In this document: positions 47,635 to 61,491 of the stretch, piece after piece | How the letters are laid out: each line of letters begins with the position of its first letter | Numbering within the stretch: position 1 is the stretch's first letter | Source of the DNA: Octopus bimaculoides | Lineage: Eukaryota | Reading direction: 5' to 3' | DNA length: 64,000 nucleotides | Assembly: GCF_001194135.2 (NCBI RefSeq) | Contig: NC_068990.1 | Span: forward strand, 17,662,856-17,726,855 | The notes under the pieces: generated by a model | What the model was told of the DNA's origin: nothing | Database searches by the model: none | Seen by the model: the letters and a program-made list of their open reading frames with translations, nothing else | Translations under genes and position numbers: made by a program

Positions 47635-48741
47635 GTAAGTGATTTGATTTGAAATTTGTGATGTAGTTTGGGTAAAAGATTTCATCTGTCACCCAGTCCA
47701 ATACCACCACTTAATCCTTGGGTGTCTTTAGGGGAGTTTCCTTTGATAGCAAGCAGTCAAAATGTGATTTGCTACTTTCTACTCCAATAGGGTTTCTTAC
47801 ATCCTCCTCATCCTCTCCTACAAGTTTTGAAGGCATAAAGAACAGGGATGCTGCCCCTACTTTCTTGTGACAGTTATATAGAAAAGAAAAAAAAAATTGA
47901 TCAATCCAGCATGAGTTATTTGTGACAGGTCATTTATTATAACCTAAGAATATATATATTTGGTGAAAAAACACATGAAAATAACTGAAAGATACCATCA
48001 TTACCACCACAAGGCTTTGATCAACCCAGGGCTATAGTAGAAGACACTTGCCCCAAGGTGTCATGTAGTGTGACAAAACCTGAAACCATATGACTGGAAA
48101 GCAAACTTCTTAATGTCATAGCCATACCAGAATGCTTTAAAACGGGATCATTAACCAGGAGTGGATTTAGGCAGATTAGCATTAGAAGGATTAATCCATT
48201 TGTCATGGTATTTTTTGCTAAAATACATTGCCTTTGTTTTAATTAATTTTGAAAATAACAAAGAATTTTGTAAAATAACTTTTTCATTATTAAGCTGGTG
48301 TTTAGAACATAGATTAACATGCAACTTTGGTGGAAGGTTTTAGTCTAAATCCCTTTAAAACAGGGAGTTTGTATTATAGAACCAGGGTAGGTGTCAGGTG
48401 GGTTTGTGTTAAAAGGATTAAATACAGTTCAAATAAATACTATTTGCAGATTAATATTATTTGGAGTTCAAAGTTGGTGAGCTGGCAGAAATGTTAGCAT
48501 GCCAAACGAAATGCTTAGTGGTATTTCATCTGTCTTTATGTTCTGAGTTCAAATTTCGCCAAGGTTGACTTTGCCTTTCATTCTTTTCAGGTTTGATAAA
48601 TTGAATACCAGTTGCATACTGGGATTGATTTAATCGACTGCCCCCCCCTCACCCTCCCAAAAAAAATTTCGAGCCTAGAGCAGAAAAGAATATTGTTGAG
48701 TTCTTATTTTTTTATTTAACTGCTTTCTTCTTTTTCTGCAG

Positions 48742-48993
48742 AGTTATCAAAGAAGTTGCTCCCAAAATAGAAACGCTTAAGAAAGCTGAAGAAGACCTTA
48801 GACTTGCCAAAGAATCTTTGGATAAAAAGAGGGCTTCATTAAAAGCTGTACAGGACAGACTCGATAAGTTAAACCAGCAAATGGAAAATAATAAACAGAA
48901 GAAAGCAGACTTGGAAAACCAAGTAGATTTGTGCACAAAAAAGCTGGAAAGAGCAGAGCAGTTGATTGGTGGCCTGGGAGGAGAAAAAGATAG
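48742..48993 (+). CDS. DNAH7: Exon 27 (stalk CC2)
   Basis: tgcag|A..AG|gtaatg; VIKEVAPKIETL...KLERAEQLIGGLGGEKD; 252 nt, phase 2 to 2. Confidence 0.96.
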
Positions 48994-50564
48994 GTAATGC
49001 TTTTGAATGGAGTTTATAATATAAAAATTACTTTGAACTTAACTTTAGATTTGTGTTTGTGTGTGCATGCATACTTGCAAGTATGTTGTAGAAACTGAGT
49101 TTGTATCATTTGGAAAATTTTAGCTTTTACGTAATTCTTGTGTAAAAGAACTGGTAAATGAAAGCAGATTAATGGGTGATGGTAGCCAAAACAGAAAAGA
49201 TTTTATGAAGTTATTGAACAAAGCAGCTGGATATGCTTTTGTTTTTTATACAGTTTTGTCCCAAACAAGGTTTGAGGCTGCTATAATGTAAGGGACTCTA
49301 AAGAAGGAAAAGAAGGGCCTATACATTCAAAGTTTAAAGGACTGAATATTATAGATCAGAGGAAAAAATGATGGCAATGAGTTCCGGAGAGCAGCAGGTC
49401 AAGGAAAGAATCTATTAGAATAGAAAAGATGGATGACTAACAGGAAGCTCAACAGAGAAATGATGAGGACTTTGACAAAGAGCAGAGGAAATTATGATCA
49501 TGGGAGAGATGACAGATGAGAAAGTGGCAGCCGTGGTGGTGGTAGTGGTAGCTGTCATGGTAATATCATATCATTGGGTCCTTTGGATTAATTTGGGCTA
49601 CATTCCTGGCTGCCCCTCCCTTCCTCCCTTATTTATTTAATTGCAATTAGGTCTTAAAGGGTGAAAACTGAGGTGTTACTTTCTTCTTTTATCCTGGAAT
49701 ATAAAGAAGGCATTGCATTTAATAAATATCAATGCTCTTAATTTCAACCATTTTATATCTCTCACTGCCTATAAAATATTTAGGTTCTTTCACCGAATTA
49801 ATTTCGTAACCTTGGTGATAGGTATGCTATTATAATTGGTATTTCTTCATATATGGACACATGCCAGCCTCTGGGCCACAGTCTTGCTATCTTTTTCTTC
49901 TCTCTCTGTCTTTCCGATTGCTAGTATGCAGTGATGCATATTCCAACATGCAGTGGAAAAGTCTGATGAGGTGCAGTGTGACTGTCTTGGCATACTGTAC
50001 TCCTCGCCTCACTTGTCCAGTTTATATCTCAATGTCTGTTAATTCTAGCGCTGGCCACAACAGAGGTACATGCATAATGATGAAGGACTTAATCTGATAA
50101 AACTCAGCACTTGATGTTCCTCTACTCTTATTATTGGTATTATTAAAGGTGACGAGCTAGCAAAATCATTACCACACTGGACAAAATGCTTAGAGACATT
50201 TTTATTTGCTCTTTACATTTTGAGTTCAAATACTACTGAGATAAACTTTGCCTTTCATCCTCTCAGGTTCAATAAAATACTTGTTCAGCATAGGGATTGA
50301 TGTAATCAGCTTCCCCTTCCCCTCATAATTTCAGACCTTGTGCCAAAATTAGAAAGGATTATAAAGAATTATTGATGTTGTGCACAATAGTTTCTTTGGG
50401 GGTGGGGTGGATAGGGTTACTCAGGCTGTTAATGTTACAGTTATTTATGTATGTATTTGTTTTTATTTTTTTTTATTATGTTTGCCTGTACTGAGTGGGA
50501 GAGATAGTTTGATAGTGTTTTTAGCACTTACATCAGTGTTATTCATATAAGGTAACTATTTCAG

Positions 50565-50679
50565 ATGGAATATTGCTGCTGAGAATCTTGCTGTCCAGTA
50601 TACAAATCTAACAGGTGATGTTTTGATATCAGCTGGTGTTGTTGCTTACTTGGGAGCCTTCACGTCAGCTTATAGACTT
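50565..50679 (+). CDS. DNAH7: Exon 28
   Basis: ttcag|A..CTT|gtaagt; WNIAAENLAVQYTNLTGDVLISAGVVAYLGAFTSAYRL; 115 nt. Confidence 0.96.
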
Positions 50680-52104
50680 GTAAGTAATCATGTTTTCACT
50701 GATACACCCTCTGTTAGAATCTGATTGTAACTGATTTGTTTGTGAGCCTCTGAAGAAAGAGCATTCACACACAGAAAACAATAGTGTTTATAATCATTGA
50801 CTAAATTTTAATTCCATTATATGTACTGTGTTAGTGCTTCATAAAAACCACTTGTACCAGTGCCACATGATAAGCACTCATGCCTGTGCCAGGGTCACAT
50901 AGAAAGCACTCATGCTGGTGTCATGTAATGGGTACTCATGCTGGTGTCACATAAATGCACTTGTGCTGGTGGCATGTTAAAAGCACCCAGCACACACTGT
51001 AAAGTTGTTGGTTGTTAGGAAGGGCATCAAGCCATAGAAACCAAGCCAAATCAGACTGAAAGCTGGTGTAGCTTCCCAGCTTCCCAACTTTGGTCAACCC
51101 ATCCAACCTATGCCAATATGGAAAATGGATGTTAAAGGAGGCTGATAATGGTGTTGATGTAATCTCAGTGAAGTAGTAAAATTAAGCTAATTGCCTCAGG
51201 GAGGTGGGGCAGTTCTCATTTTATTTTTCACTCCTAAACATGTACACATAAGCACAATTATGACTGCAACCTCCAGCTGGCCAATACATTGTCAGTGAAA
51301 CACCCTAACCACTAGGATATGTGCCTTCACTGGCCAGTATAATTTACATAAGTTACAAAACATAAGATAAAGGAATTAAGTGAGTCCCATGACAGGAATG
51401 CGGATAATTCAGGTGGGTATTGACCCACTGAATGAGGTATACAAAAGAAATTTTCAATAGGATTTTTTGATTGTAGAAGAAAACAGAAACCTGAGAGTAG
51501 TTGTTTGTAGCTCTCAAAGGAAAGGGGAGATAATTTCAAGAAATTAAGAATTAATTGCACAAAGAATTTACTTTTTAGGCTTAGAAGAAAATTGAGATGA
51601 ATTTTGTTGAACTTTTGAAACTAACAACAGTGGTTTATGAGGAAGATAATGTTGGTAATAGCCTCAATATGGTAGTAGTGATAGTGATTGTGATGATGAT
51701 GGTAATGATAATTATAGAGATGTTGATGTTGCGATAGGGTCTTGAGTTTGTGATACTTGAGTAGACAACATATAATCAATATGCATTTAACCATCCAGTG
51801 ATTCTTTTTCAGAATTGCATAACATCAACTTCATTATCCACTGTGTCACATCTTTTATTTTAAATGGTAGTATGTGATGTGTAGGAGATTTGGCTGTTAT
51901 TTCTTGTAGATTGAGTGACCATGTAGAGGTTCTTTTGTTGGTTTGTTGATTGGGTCATTGATAACAGTGGTGATAGATTTGAGGATGAAAATAATTCTTT
52001 GTGTTTTTATCCTTTTGTTTTAATTAATTTTTTTCTTGCTCTCTGCAGTTTTTTCATTTTTTATTTTTATCTATTTTGTTTTCTTTTTGTGTGTGTGTCT
52101 TCAG

Positions 52105-52268
52105 GATCAAATCCATTATTGGGTGAAAGAAATCAAAGAAAGTGGAGTCCCTTGCACTGATGAATTCTCTTTGGTACACACGCTGGGAGAGCCAGTGAAG
52201 ATCCGTGAATGGAATATCAATGGTCTACCAACTGATACATTTTCTATTGAAAATGCCATCATAATTAC
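52105..52268 (+). CDS. DNAH7: Exon 29
   Basis: ttcag|GAT..AC|gtgaga; DQIHYWVK...WNINGLPTDTFSIENAIII; 164 nt, phase 0 to 2. Confidence 0.96.
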
Positions 52269-52976
52269 GTGAGAACCAAAATTATTATTTATTGATTTTC
52301 CTAGAGTGATGGATTGACAGAAGTGTTAGAGCACTGGATAAAATGTGTGGATCTTTACATTCAAAGTTCAAATTCTACCAAGGTAGTAATTGCTTTTTCA
52401 TCATTCTGGTCATAGGTATTTATACTTGAAAAACAAGTAAAGGTTGGCAACAGGAAGGGTATTTGGCCAGAGAAGACTTCCTCAGTAAGTCCTCGTCCAA
52501 TTCATATCAGCATGGAACAAATGGACATAGACATTTTGACAATGATGATGATGCTGATGTGAGTGTCAAAGGTCAAGAACAGCATCATCACTGCTGATGA
52601 CTTTGATTGTTGTCAGCAAAGACTGATTCTTTAGAATCGTTTGAACCATGTTCCTGCTGTGATTATTTAAGCCTCATGAGGTTAAAAAGAAAACAGTGTT
52701 AACCTTTATGTGGTTGCTTGAGTTGCTAAAAATAGCAACCAAATCTATTTTTAAAATACAACCACTGCCACTTAACAGCAAAAAGTGTGGGGCCAAGAAA
52801 ACACTGGATGAGCATAGTTCTAGATATACTATGTCTGAAAGAAAGACGTGATGGTCACGACTGGAGGGTCTTTGGTCATAGATCTGTCTGTTCAGGGTTA
52901 ACCTGGTGTTAAATAGATACAGCAGTGACACAATTCTGCATTTATACCAGACTATCTAAATCCAGCAGCAAAGAAG

Positions 52977-53017
<41 letters not shown>

Positions 53018-55039
53018 ATTTGGTTTAAAGAAAATTGATCAATAATGTTTATTGATTATGGAACATTTTTATAAGCAGATTTGTCTTACAACACTTAAAA
53101 GATTAAGATTAACCAAAATCAATGTCTTTAAGACTAAACAAGAGTGCTTCCATTTCCAAACTAGCTTAAAATTTCTATTGTGGTGACTGAGAGAGAGAGG
53201 GAGAGAGGGAGGGAGGGTGAGAGATGGGGAAAGAGGGGGGAGAGAGAGAGAGAGAGAAAAAGAGAGTGCACTAAAGTGTCCTGTTGCTGATATTTAGCGT
53301 TTAGTTCAAATCTTATGTAACAAACTCATAATCAAAGTTGTTCCATCCTTGACCTTCCCATCTTTATTTTAAGACATTATTATGTCATCCAAGGTGCCTT
53401 CCCATTTTTAGAACAGTGAAGTGTGTTTTGAGGAAAATATTGCTGCTTTTTCTAGCAAATTGTCCAGAGACTCTCATATTGGTTCTGTTGTTACATAATC
53501 GTTTACAAGTTTTGGCCCAAGGTCAGCAAGTTGTTTTTCACTTGTTTCGGTCATTAGACTGTGGCCATGATGGGGCACCTCATTGAAGAATTTGACCTCA
53601 GTAGTTATTTTTTGTAAAGCCTGGTATTTATTCCATCGCTCACTTTTGCTTAACTGCTTAGTTACGTGGATGTAAACAAACCAATACTAGTTGACAAGTG
53701 TTGGTGGAGGACAGACACAGACACAAGACAGACAGACAGAAACACATGACAGGCTTCTTTCAGTTTCAGTTTACAAATCCACTCACAAGGCTTCGGTCAG
53801 CTTAGGGCAATAGTAGAAGACACTTGCCCAAGATATCAGGCAATGGGACTGAACCCTGAACCATGTGGATGGGAAGCAAGTTTCTTATCACACAGCCATA
53901 CCTGCACTTATGAAAGAAGATTTGCAGAATGTTAGGCTACTGTTTCTAGTTAGCTAAGGGGTCATGTAGAGACCCATATTTTTTTTCCAACCTTTTTATT
54001 TCTAGGATGACATTATTCAATGTGTACCACCTTATTTTTTTAAGATGGTAGGGTTTATTTTTTGGGAGATTGGATGCAGGTTGAGTGACCATGTAAAAAG
54101 TGATGCTGGTAAGTTTTCTTAGTCTGTATACTGTGTGTGTTTTGGGGCTGTTAAGTAAGATTACGTTGCCAATTATCCCTCGAGTAAATGCAAGAAGTCT
54201 TCTTCAAGTTTACTTTTGTGGAACAAGTACACTGTTACCAAAAGTCGTTGATGTTGTGTTTGGATGAGGTCTGAATGCAGAAGTACAAATGATGTTATCT
54301 GCTTCAAAGTATGAAGCAATGACAGAGAAGCAAGAAGAATGTGGGGAAACTAATTCAAGTGCAGAGGTAATTTTGTTTTCCTTTTTTGTGAATTTTCATC
54401 CAAAGAGAAAAAGGAGTGGCCATGACTTTTTGTGGAAGCTGAGGTTAATGGTATGTTGGAGTGGATTATGATTCATAGGTCTCTGTTGAAGAAAGCTATC
54501 TGTCATGAAATTAGGTTATCCTCAAATCACAGTTCTGCATTGATTGCTTGCAACAAAGGAGACTGCTGAAGGGCAGCACTCATAGACTAGGGGGTTGTTT
54601 TAAAACATTTCCATAAAGTGAAAGTCACCAATCAAAGGTTCAAGAGTTCACACAATCCTTCATGTTTGAAATATCTGTATCTCTCATATTGTTGTTGATG
54701 TTGTTTAACCCCAGGTCAAACCTGATTGAGCAAAACTATGACAGATGGCATTCCAGCCTGATTATCCCATCTTATCGCTGAAATAGTTTATTCTGCATTA
54801 TATATATCGAATAAGTCCAACCCATGCCAGCATGGAAGATGGACATTAAATGATGATAATGATGTTGTTCATTTTCTTTTTTTTTTATCTTGGTGTGTAA
54901 TTTGAGGAACATTAGGCCATTGCTTCTAGCCTGTCGAGTGACCACATGAAGTCATTCCCTTATTGATTAATTTTTTTCTTCACATATCCTTATGTTTACT
55001 TTCACTGCAATCATTTAAGATGTCCTCTTTTCATTGCAG

Positions 55040-55193
55040 TAATGCTCGACGGTGGCCATTAATGATAGACCCTCAAGGACAAGCTAACAAATGGATTAAA
55101 AATATGGAAAAGGCAAACAATTTAAGTGTTGTTAAAACCAGTGACTCAGATTTCAACAGAACTCTTGAGAATTGTATTCAATTTGGAACACCT
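55040..55193 (+). CDS. DNAH7: Exon 30 (AAA5)
   Basis: tgcag|T..CCT|gtaagt; NARRWPLMIDPQGQANKWIKNME...LENCIQFGTP; 154 nt. Confidence 0.97.
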
Positions 55194-56049
55194 GTAAGTG
55201 GAGTTTTTCTATTCCTTGAGATACTGAGCCAGACTTACTTTCTTGTACTTATGGTGGCATTCACCTGGGATGGGTTGAACAAGCTTTAAACAATGAATTC
55301 ACTCATGTTCAGAGTTACAGTGGAAAAACAAATTCACTCGTGTTCCCTGGTCCCATGCATACACACTTTGGGATAATGTGATCCATAGCAGCTCATCTTG
55401 CAGTCAATCGTTGATCATCACAGAGGATTCACAGACCAAGCCTCTACCAATTACCAGAGCAGACATAGCCTGGGTTTGAAGCAGGTTCTAGGGTCATGCT
55501 TTAACAAAAGATAAAGGGGGCCTCACTCCTAGTGGTCTTCCAGCATGTCGGACACCTATATGGAATTATGGGTCCATGCTATTGCTAAATAGTCATTAAA
55601 CTTATCACTTAGTTCATCATTCCTTTTGACAGGTCTTGTTTTCAGTCCTACTGGATTTCAGGTCTACCACAGGGCTGATTTTCAAGAGTAAAGTCACCAG
55701 ACCAGAACTTCTCAAACCATTGACATACAGTGCACTCATTCACCACATCTTCACCAAACAGCTCATTGATGTTTTGAGCTGTCTGGGATGCATTAGTTCC
55801 ATGATGGAACTCATATTCATAAACAACATGAATTTTTTATCTATTCATAGGTTCACAAAAATTGATTTACAAGAGAAAACTCACAATATAATCAGACACC
55901 ATGAATTTCATTTCAAAAAGTGATGATGTAACTATCAGGATAAAACATTAGAGTTAACGGCTGTCAAACTTGGTGCATAAGAAAATTGGACATTTCATTC
56001 TTAATGGCCTGATATTATTATTATCATAAAACTTTGGATTTTTCCAAAC

Positions 56050-56340
56050 TTCAGAATTGAATGAGCCAAGAGAAAAAGCTGGATATTGAAGGTATCAGAT
56101 GCAAAAGAGAAGCCAGCACTGATATGGGTGAATGATGTGTAAAGGGTGAGGACATCATGTTTAACAAAAGTGCCAAGTCCTCAAAGTGGTTGGAACATAG
56201 AAAGACAGGGAATACAGTTGTGAAGACTGATCTCAAGCTGTTGAGTCTCACAAATGAGATAGCAAAGTGCAACAATTGGTAACATGCACAACTGGAGTGG
56301 ACCTGTACTTCCATACAAACATGAGAATATCAAAATGGAA
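56050..56340 (+). mobile_element. Highly decayed RTE ORF2 C-terminal fragment
   Basis: Remnants EKLDIEGIRC and VVKTDLKLLSLTNE resemble the RTE end seen at 19385-19440. Confidence 0.5.
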
Positions 56341-56589
56341 GGAGTGATGGAAGCTGGAATGCTCTCTCTACTACACTCTTCCTCCCACCCATTTATAACT
56401 TCTTCCTACCTATCTTTCATTGTCTCTCTCTCTCTGCAGCTCCTTTGTCCCTTGACACTATCTTATTTCTGTCTTTCTCTCTCTCTCTTTCTCTCTCAAG
56501 CTATCCCACCCTCTCATATTTTCTGTACCCTGTCACCTATATAACGTGAGATAACACTGAATCTCAGTCTATTCAACACACAGTACCAT

Positions 56590-56633
56590 CCTTATCACTT
56601 AGTGTTCTCTCTTTCTTTCTTTCTTTCATTCTT

Positions 56634-56696
<63 letters not shown>

Positions 56697-56760
56697 TCAA
56701 TCCTTTGTGAAATAAGGGATCTTTCTTCCCACCACCACCACCACCACCACCACCACCACC
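56590..56760 (+). repeat. (TC)n polypyrimidine tract and (ACC)n microsatellite
   Basis: Directly visible. Other simple repeats: (TTA)n 418-477 and 844-948, (CAC)n 10826-10890, (GA)n 52981-53012, (TG/TATG)n 58920-59080, (TG/TGCA)n 60775-60940. Confidence 0.95.
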
Positions 56761-57522
56761 ATGATATTTCTGCTGTTTAGTCATCTTTTCTTCTCTCTTC
56801 TCCTCCTCCTCTCAAGTGAATTATAATTGACATCACTTTTCTCCCACCTTCACTCATCACTACAACAATTCATCAATCATGCACTCTCTATTCTATCAAA
56901 CAACTTGTTGCCATTGTCCATCTCCCTTCCAAAAAAACCCTGCCACTACAACTTCCATCAGTTTCCATTCTATTACTTCTCACTCCTCTGTTACTCTCCC
57001 CTCTGCCACCCCCTCACACCAATATATCTGTTTCTCCTTTCATACTTTCTCTTTCTCTCTATCTCACAACACAACTTCAACTTCTTTCATCACCCTTTCT
57101 TTTATTCTCTCTCTCTTAGACTAGTGTGGGCTCTTTGAGTCTGGCTACAAGCTTACAGTGTGACCTCATTAGTGCTAGTGCCTTGATAAAATGTTTGATG
57201 AATTGAGCAAAGACAAGGTAGCACCAAAAAGACTCTTTAGTCTTGCCAAGCAACAAAGTTTCTTGCAGTACAGGAGATATATGGAGTGCCTGGTATTTTG
57301 TGGAGGTGCATAGCTTAGTGGTTAGGGTATTGGACTCTTTGATCATAAGCTTATGGTTTTGATTCCTGGACTGGGTGAGGTATTGTGTTCTTGAGTAAAA
57401 CACTTCATTTCATGTTACTCCAGTCCACTTTACCTGGTAAAAATGAGTAGTCTTGCAACAGACTGGTATTCCATCCAGGGGGGAATATATACATCAGAGA
57501 AACTGGGGAAACTCACTCTCTG

Positions 57523-58200
57523 GGATCTATTTTAAAACGGGGGCCACAGTTTTCATTAATGTTTTACGTAGTGTTTTTGGTACCGAAAGACTTTCAAACT
57601 TCGTATACTTATCTATTTTGTGTTATAGAACAGAAAAATATTTTTGTATTCGAATTTATTTCATGTAAAAAATTGTCTTATTTCGATAATTTCAACCAAT
57701 CACTGACAAGTATTCAGTTGTTTACATTTACTCCTTTGGCTGATTAAGTGGTGTAAAGCGTATTTAATCTCCATAGCTTCTGACATTTGCAGAGAGGCAA
57801 TTTGCTTTTTTCATTTTCTTTTTTTTTTTCTTCGTTTTATTTGCTTTTTTCTTTTTAAATTTGCTGTTTTACCCTAACCCTAACCTTAGAAAGGTTTATT
57901 AGCTACTGCCAATATGCTTCAGCCATTTTTTGACAAGGAAATAATAATTTTATCACCGATAGAATTGTTTCAGAATCGTTTGTTTATGTAGTCGGCACTT
58001 AATGTATATCGGCTGAATGGATGTCAGTGATTGGTTGAAATTACAGATATACGACAACTTTAACATGGAATAACTTAGGGATTTCTTTTTTTTTAAGAAG
58101 ACTAAGAGAAAAAGATGTTTTATATGACATTCTATCAGTGTTCCAAGTTTCAAAGTGTTTCGTTAAGAAAATACTGTGACCCCCGTTTAAAAATAGATCC
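57523..58200. mobile_element. 678-bp MITE with GG termini and 8-bp TSD (Merlin-like candidate)
   Basis: 30-bp TIR, 27/30 identical (GGATCTATTTTWAAACGGGGGYCACAGT); flanks ACTCTCTG (57515-57522) and GCTCTCTG (58201-58208); internal perfect 22-bp IR at 57687-57708 and 58022-58043. Confidence 0.8.
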
Positions 58201-58322
58201 GCTCTCTGCTCCTTATAGAGTAATGTGGACTTACCATGCCCGATACTTTAGAAGGAGCATGTTTTCAATTGTTTGCTTCATTTTTTTTTTTGTTGCTCAT
58301 TTGTAATTTCTTTAATGGTCAG

Positions 58323-58514
58323 GTTTTAGTGGAAAATATTGGTGAAGAAATCGACCCAATGCTTGAGCCCCTTCTACTGAAGCAGACATTTAAACAAGGT
58401 GGTACATTGTGTATCCGTCTGGGTGACAGCACTATTGAATACAGCAATGATTTCAAGTTCTACATGACAACAAAATTGAGGAACCCCCACTATATGCCAG
58501 AAACTTCTGTAAAG
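58323..58514 (+). CDS. DNAH7: Exon 31 (AAA5)
   Basis: gtcag|GTT..AAG|gtaaaa; [18 protein letters not shown]...[16 protein letters not shown]; 192 nt. Confidence 0.97.
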
Positions 58515-59942
58515 GTAAAATATAACACCTTTTTTTAATAGCCATCTATGTATTATATTTTATATCTCCTACTGATGTGTTTTATTTAAAACACAGCATG
58601 TCCATGAGATTATTATCACAGGATGAATACTGCAGTAAATTTGCCTTTTGTGATGTTTTCACATTAAGTATGATACACAGATGGCTGTTTTAATCTTTTT
58701 TCTTTTCTCTTCTTACTTTTCCTTTTCTTTTTCTTTTCTTTTTTTTTCTTTATTTCTTTTTTGGCTAAATACAAAGCTGCAGACGTGGCTCTGTGGTTAA
58801 GAAGTTTCCTCTTCCCATCCATGCAGTTTAGGGTTCAATCCCATTGTCTGTTAACTTGGGCAAATGTCTTTACTTTAGCCCTGGACTGACCAAAGTCTTG
58901 CAAGGGAATTTTGTTTGTGTATACCTTTATATGTATGTATGTGTGTGCATGTGTATGTGTGTATATATGAATGTATGTATGTATGTATGTATATATGTAT
59001 GTGTATATGTATGTATGTATGTATGTGTATATGTATATATGTTTGTGTGTGTGTATATGTATGTGTGATTGTGTGTGTGTTATTATCTTGAGATTGTGTG
59101 ATCCCTGTAAAGGAGCATCACCATCTTATAAGCAGTATCCTTCATTTTCAATCTTCTGTGAAAACATGCCTGGACTGGGAGAAATATTTCTTTTCTTGGA
59201 AGCTGGTGAGGGTTGGCAACAGGATGAGCATCCAACCAAAAAAAAAGTCAGCCTCAGCAAATTCTGTCCATCACATGCAGGCATGGAAAACTGGTCATTA
59301 AACTGATGCTGATGAGGATAGTAATGACGATAATAATTGTGAGTGATTTTATATTTTATTCATTATTGTTTGGCAAAATCATTAGAGTGTCAGACAAAAA
59401 GATGTATTATTTCTTCTGGCTCTAAACATTCTGAGCTCAAATCCTGCTGAAGTCATCTTTGCCTTTCATTCCTTTGGGGTCAATGAAATAAAGTACCAGC
59501 CAAGGACAAAGGGGTAATGGTATCAACTGGTTCCTTTCCTTCCAATTTGCTGGCCTTGTGCTTAAATTAGAAATCATTATCGTTTTGTCTGGCCAAGAAG
59601 ACCTCTATCAAGTGAGTAATCACTGAAAGGAATAGATCTGAATAGGTGCTGAAAGGTTCCTGGTTTTGGGTAAAAGAAAATACAGGAGGATCAGTTAATT
59701 ATGATTTTATTTAACATATCCCCCTCTCAGATTCACACACTTATTGCAGCAGTCCTTCAGTTTTTCTAAACTCTGTAAAAGAATTCAGAAGTTTGGGTCT
59801 TCAACCAGGCCTTTCACGATACCCTTAAAGCCAGAAACTTTTCTGCACCACCTTGTAATATGGTTTCTTGGTATTATAAAATTAGTAATAATGATTAGAA
59901 AATGAATGATTAACATTTTGACCTGATTTCTTTCTAATGTAG

Positions 59943-60076
59943 GTGACATTATTGAACTTCATGATCACCGAAGAAGGGCTGCAAGACCAGCTGCAAGGAA
60001 TTGTGGTTGCCAAAGAAAGACCTGAACTGGAAGAGGAGAAGAACTCTCTCATTCAGCAAGGAGCCAAGAATAAAAA
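59943..60076 (+). CDS. DNAH7: Exon 32 (AAA5 into buttress)
   Basis: tgtag|GTG..AA|gtcagg (weak donor); VTLLNFMITEEGLQDQLQGIVVAKERPELEEEKNSLIQQGAKNK; 134 nt, phase 0 to 2. Confidence 0.95.
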
Positions 60077-60593
60077 GTCAGGATTGTCTTTTATTTTTTG
60101 TTTTTACAGATTAGATGATGATGATGATGGTGATTTGTTAACCACTCATTAAGAGTCTTTTTGATAATTATTGTACCATTATTAACAGCACCATTATCAA
60201 CATCATTGTTATGTTTTAATACTGAATTATCAACTTGGAGACAACACAACATATACTCAAAAATGCATGCTGATTAAAGCAGAACTTAAAAATCCACGTG
60301 CAAAAAGTATCATGCCACTTACGAAACAAACCAGTATGCAAATTAGAAGGCAGTCCAAAAGGACACAAGGTGAACGCATGAAATAAAGCAGAGTCACTAA
60401 ACTTAGTTCAATAGAATTAAATTTGAGCAATATAACACCACCACCACCATCAACATCATCATTATTATCAGGATCTTTTTTGTCAATAACAAAGTTAATT
60501 TTTTGTAATGAGGATGCTTAATGAAATTTTTGTTCTAAAGTAATTCAAAGGTGACTAGTGTTTTGTCTTTTTATTTGTTCCAATTGTGTACAG

Positions 60594-60726
60594 GCAACTT
60601 AAGGAAATTGAAGACAAAATTCTTGAAGTCCTCTCAACCTCTGAAGGAAATATTCTGGAAGATGAAACTGCTATTAAAGTTCTCTCTTCTTCTAAAGCTT
60701 TAGCTGATGAAATATCAGAAAAGCAA
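60594..60726 (+). CDS. DNAH7: Exon 33 (buttress)
   Basis: tacag|G..CAA|gtaagt; QLKEIEDKILEVLSTSEGNILEDETAIKVLSSSKALADEISEKQ; 133 nt. Confidence 0.97.
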
Positions 60727-61453
60727 GTAAGTTCATTCACAGAGAGTTTTATTGGTCACACATTTCTTGGTTTTGTGTGTGTGTGTGTGTGCATGCATGT
60801 CCATGTGCATGTGTGTATGTGTTTGTGTGCACATGTCTGTATGCATGCATGTGTGTGCATGCACATGTGCACACATGCATGTGTGTGTTTGTGTGCATGT
60901 GTATGTATGCATGCATGTGTGCATGTGCATGTGTGTATATCTCATCATCATCATCATCATCATAATATCCACTTTTCCTTGTTTGCATGGGTCAGACAGA
61001 AATTGTTGAGATTGAATTTCTAGGGGACCAGGTGCTCTTCTTGTTGCTAACCCTTACCTCTTTCCAAGCAAGGTAATATTTCCTTATGACTGGAAATGTT
61101 TCCATGACCCCCTCTAAATACCCAGGTTTTCACCACTCACTGCATCCCCCCCTCCATTCTCTACTCATGCTTCTTTGGCTTTGCCCTACCACTTATATCA
61201 TGACCTCTGTACCTCAAGAATATGCCCTGGCATTTACCAACATCTATCTCTCTCTTCTTTTACTCAACCATCCCATTTATAATCTGATCCCCATCTCTTT
61301 TGAGTATGCCCGGCATTTTGCCACCATCTGTCTCCTGCTCTTTCTTGCACTCTTGCTGTCTCTCACTCTGTCTCTCCTTCTCCTGCTCTTCCCTCAGGCT
61401 GGGTAACCATGTATCCTCCTTTACAGCAGCACACCTGTTTTTGACCTCATTAT

Positions 61454-61491
<38 letters not shown>

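Noticed and set aside
49962-50110. CTGATGAG and TGATGAAG motifs
   Set aside because: Neither has a correctly spaced GAAA or pairing stems, so they do not form a hammerhead.
60586-61023. Cys/His/Val/Met-rich ORFs (also 58844-59306 and 56284-57138)
   Set aside because: Apart from the exon 33 portion, these are translations of (TG/TGCA)n and (TC)n simple repeats.
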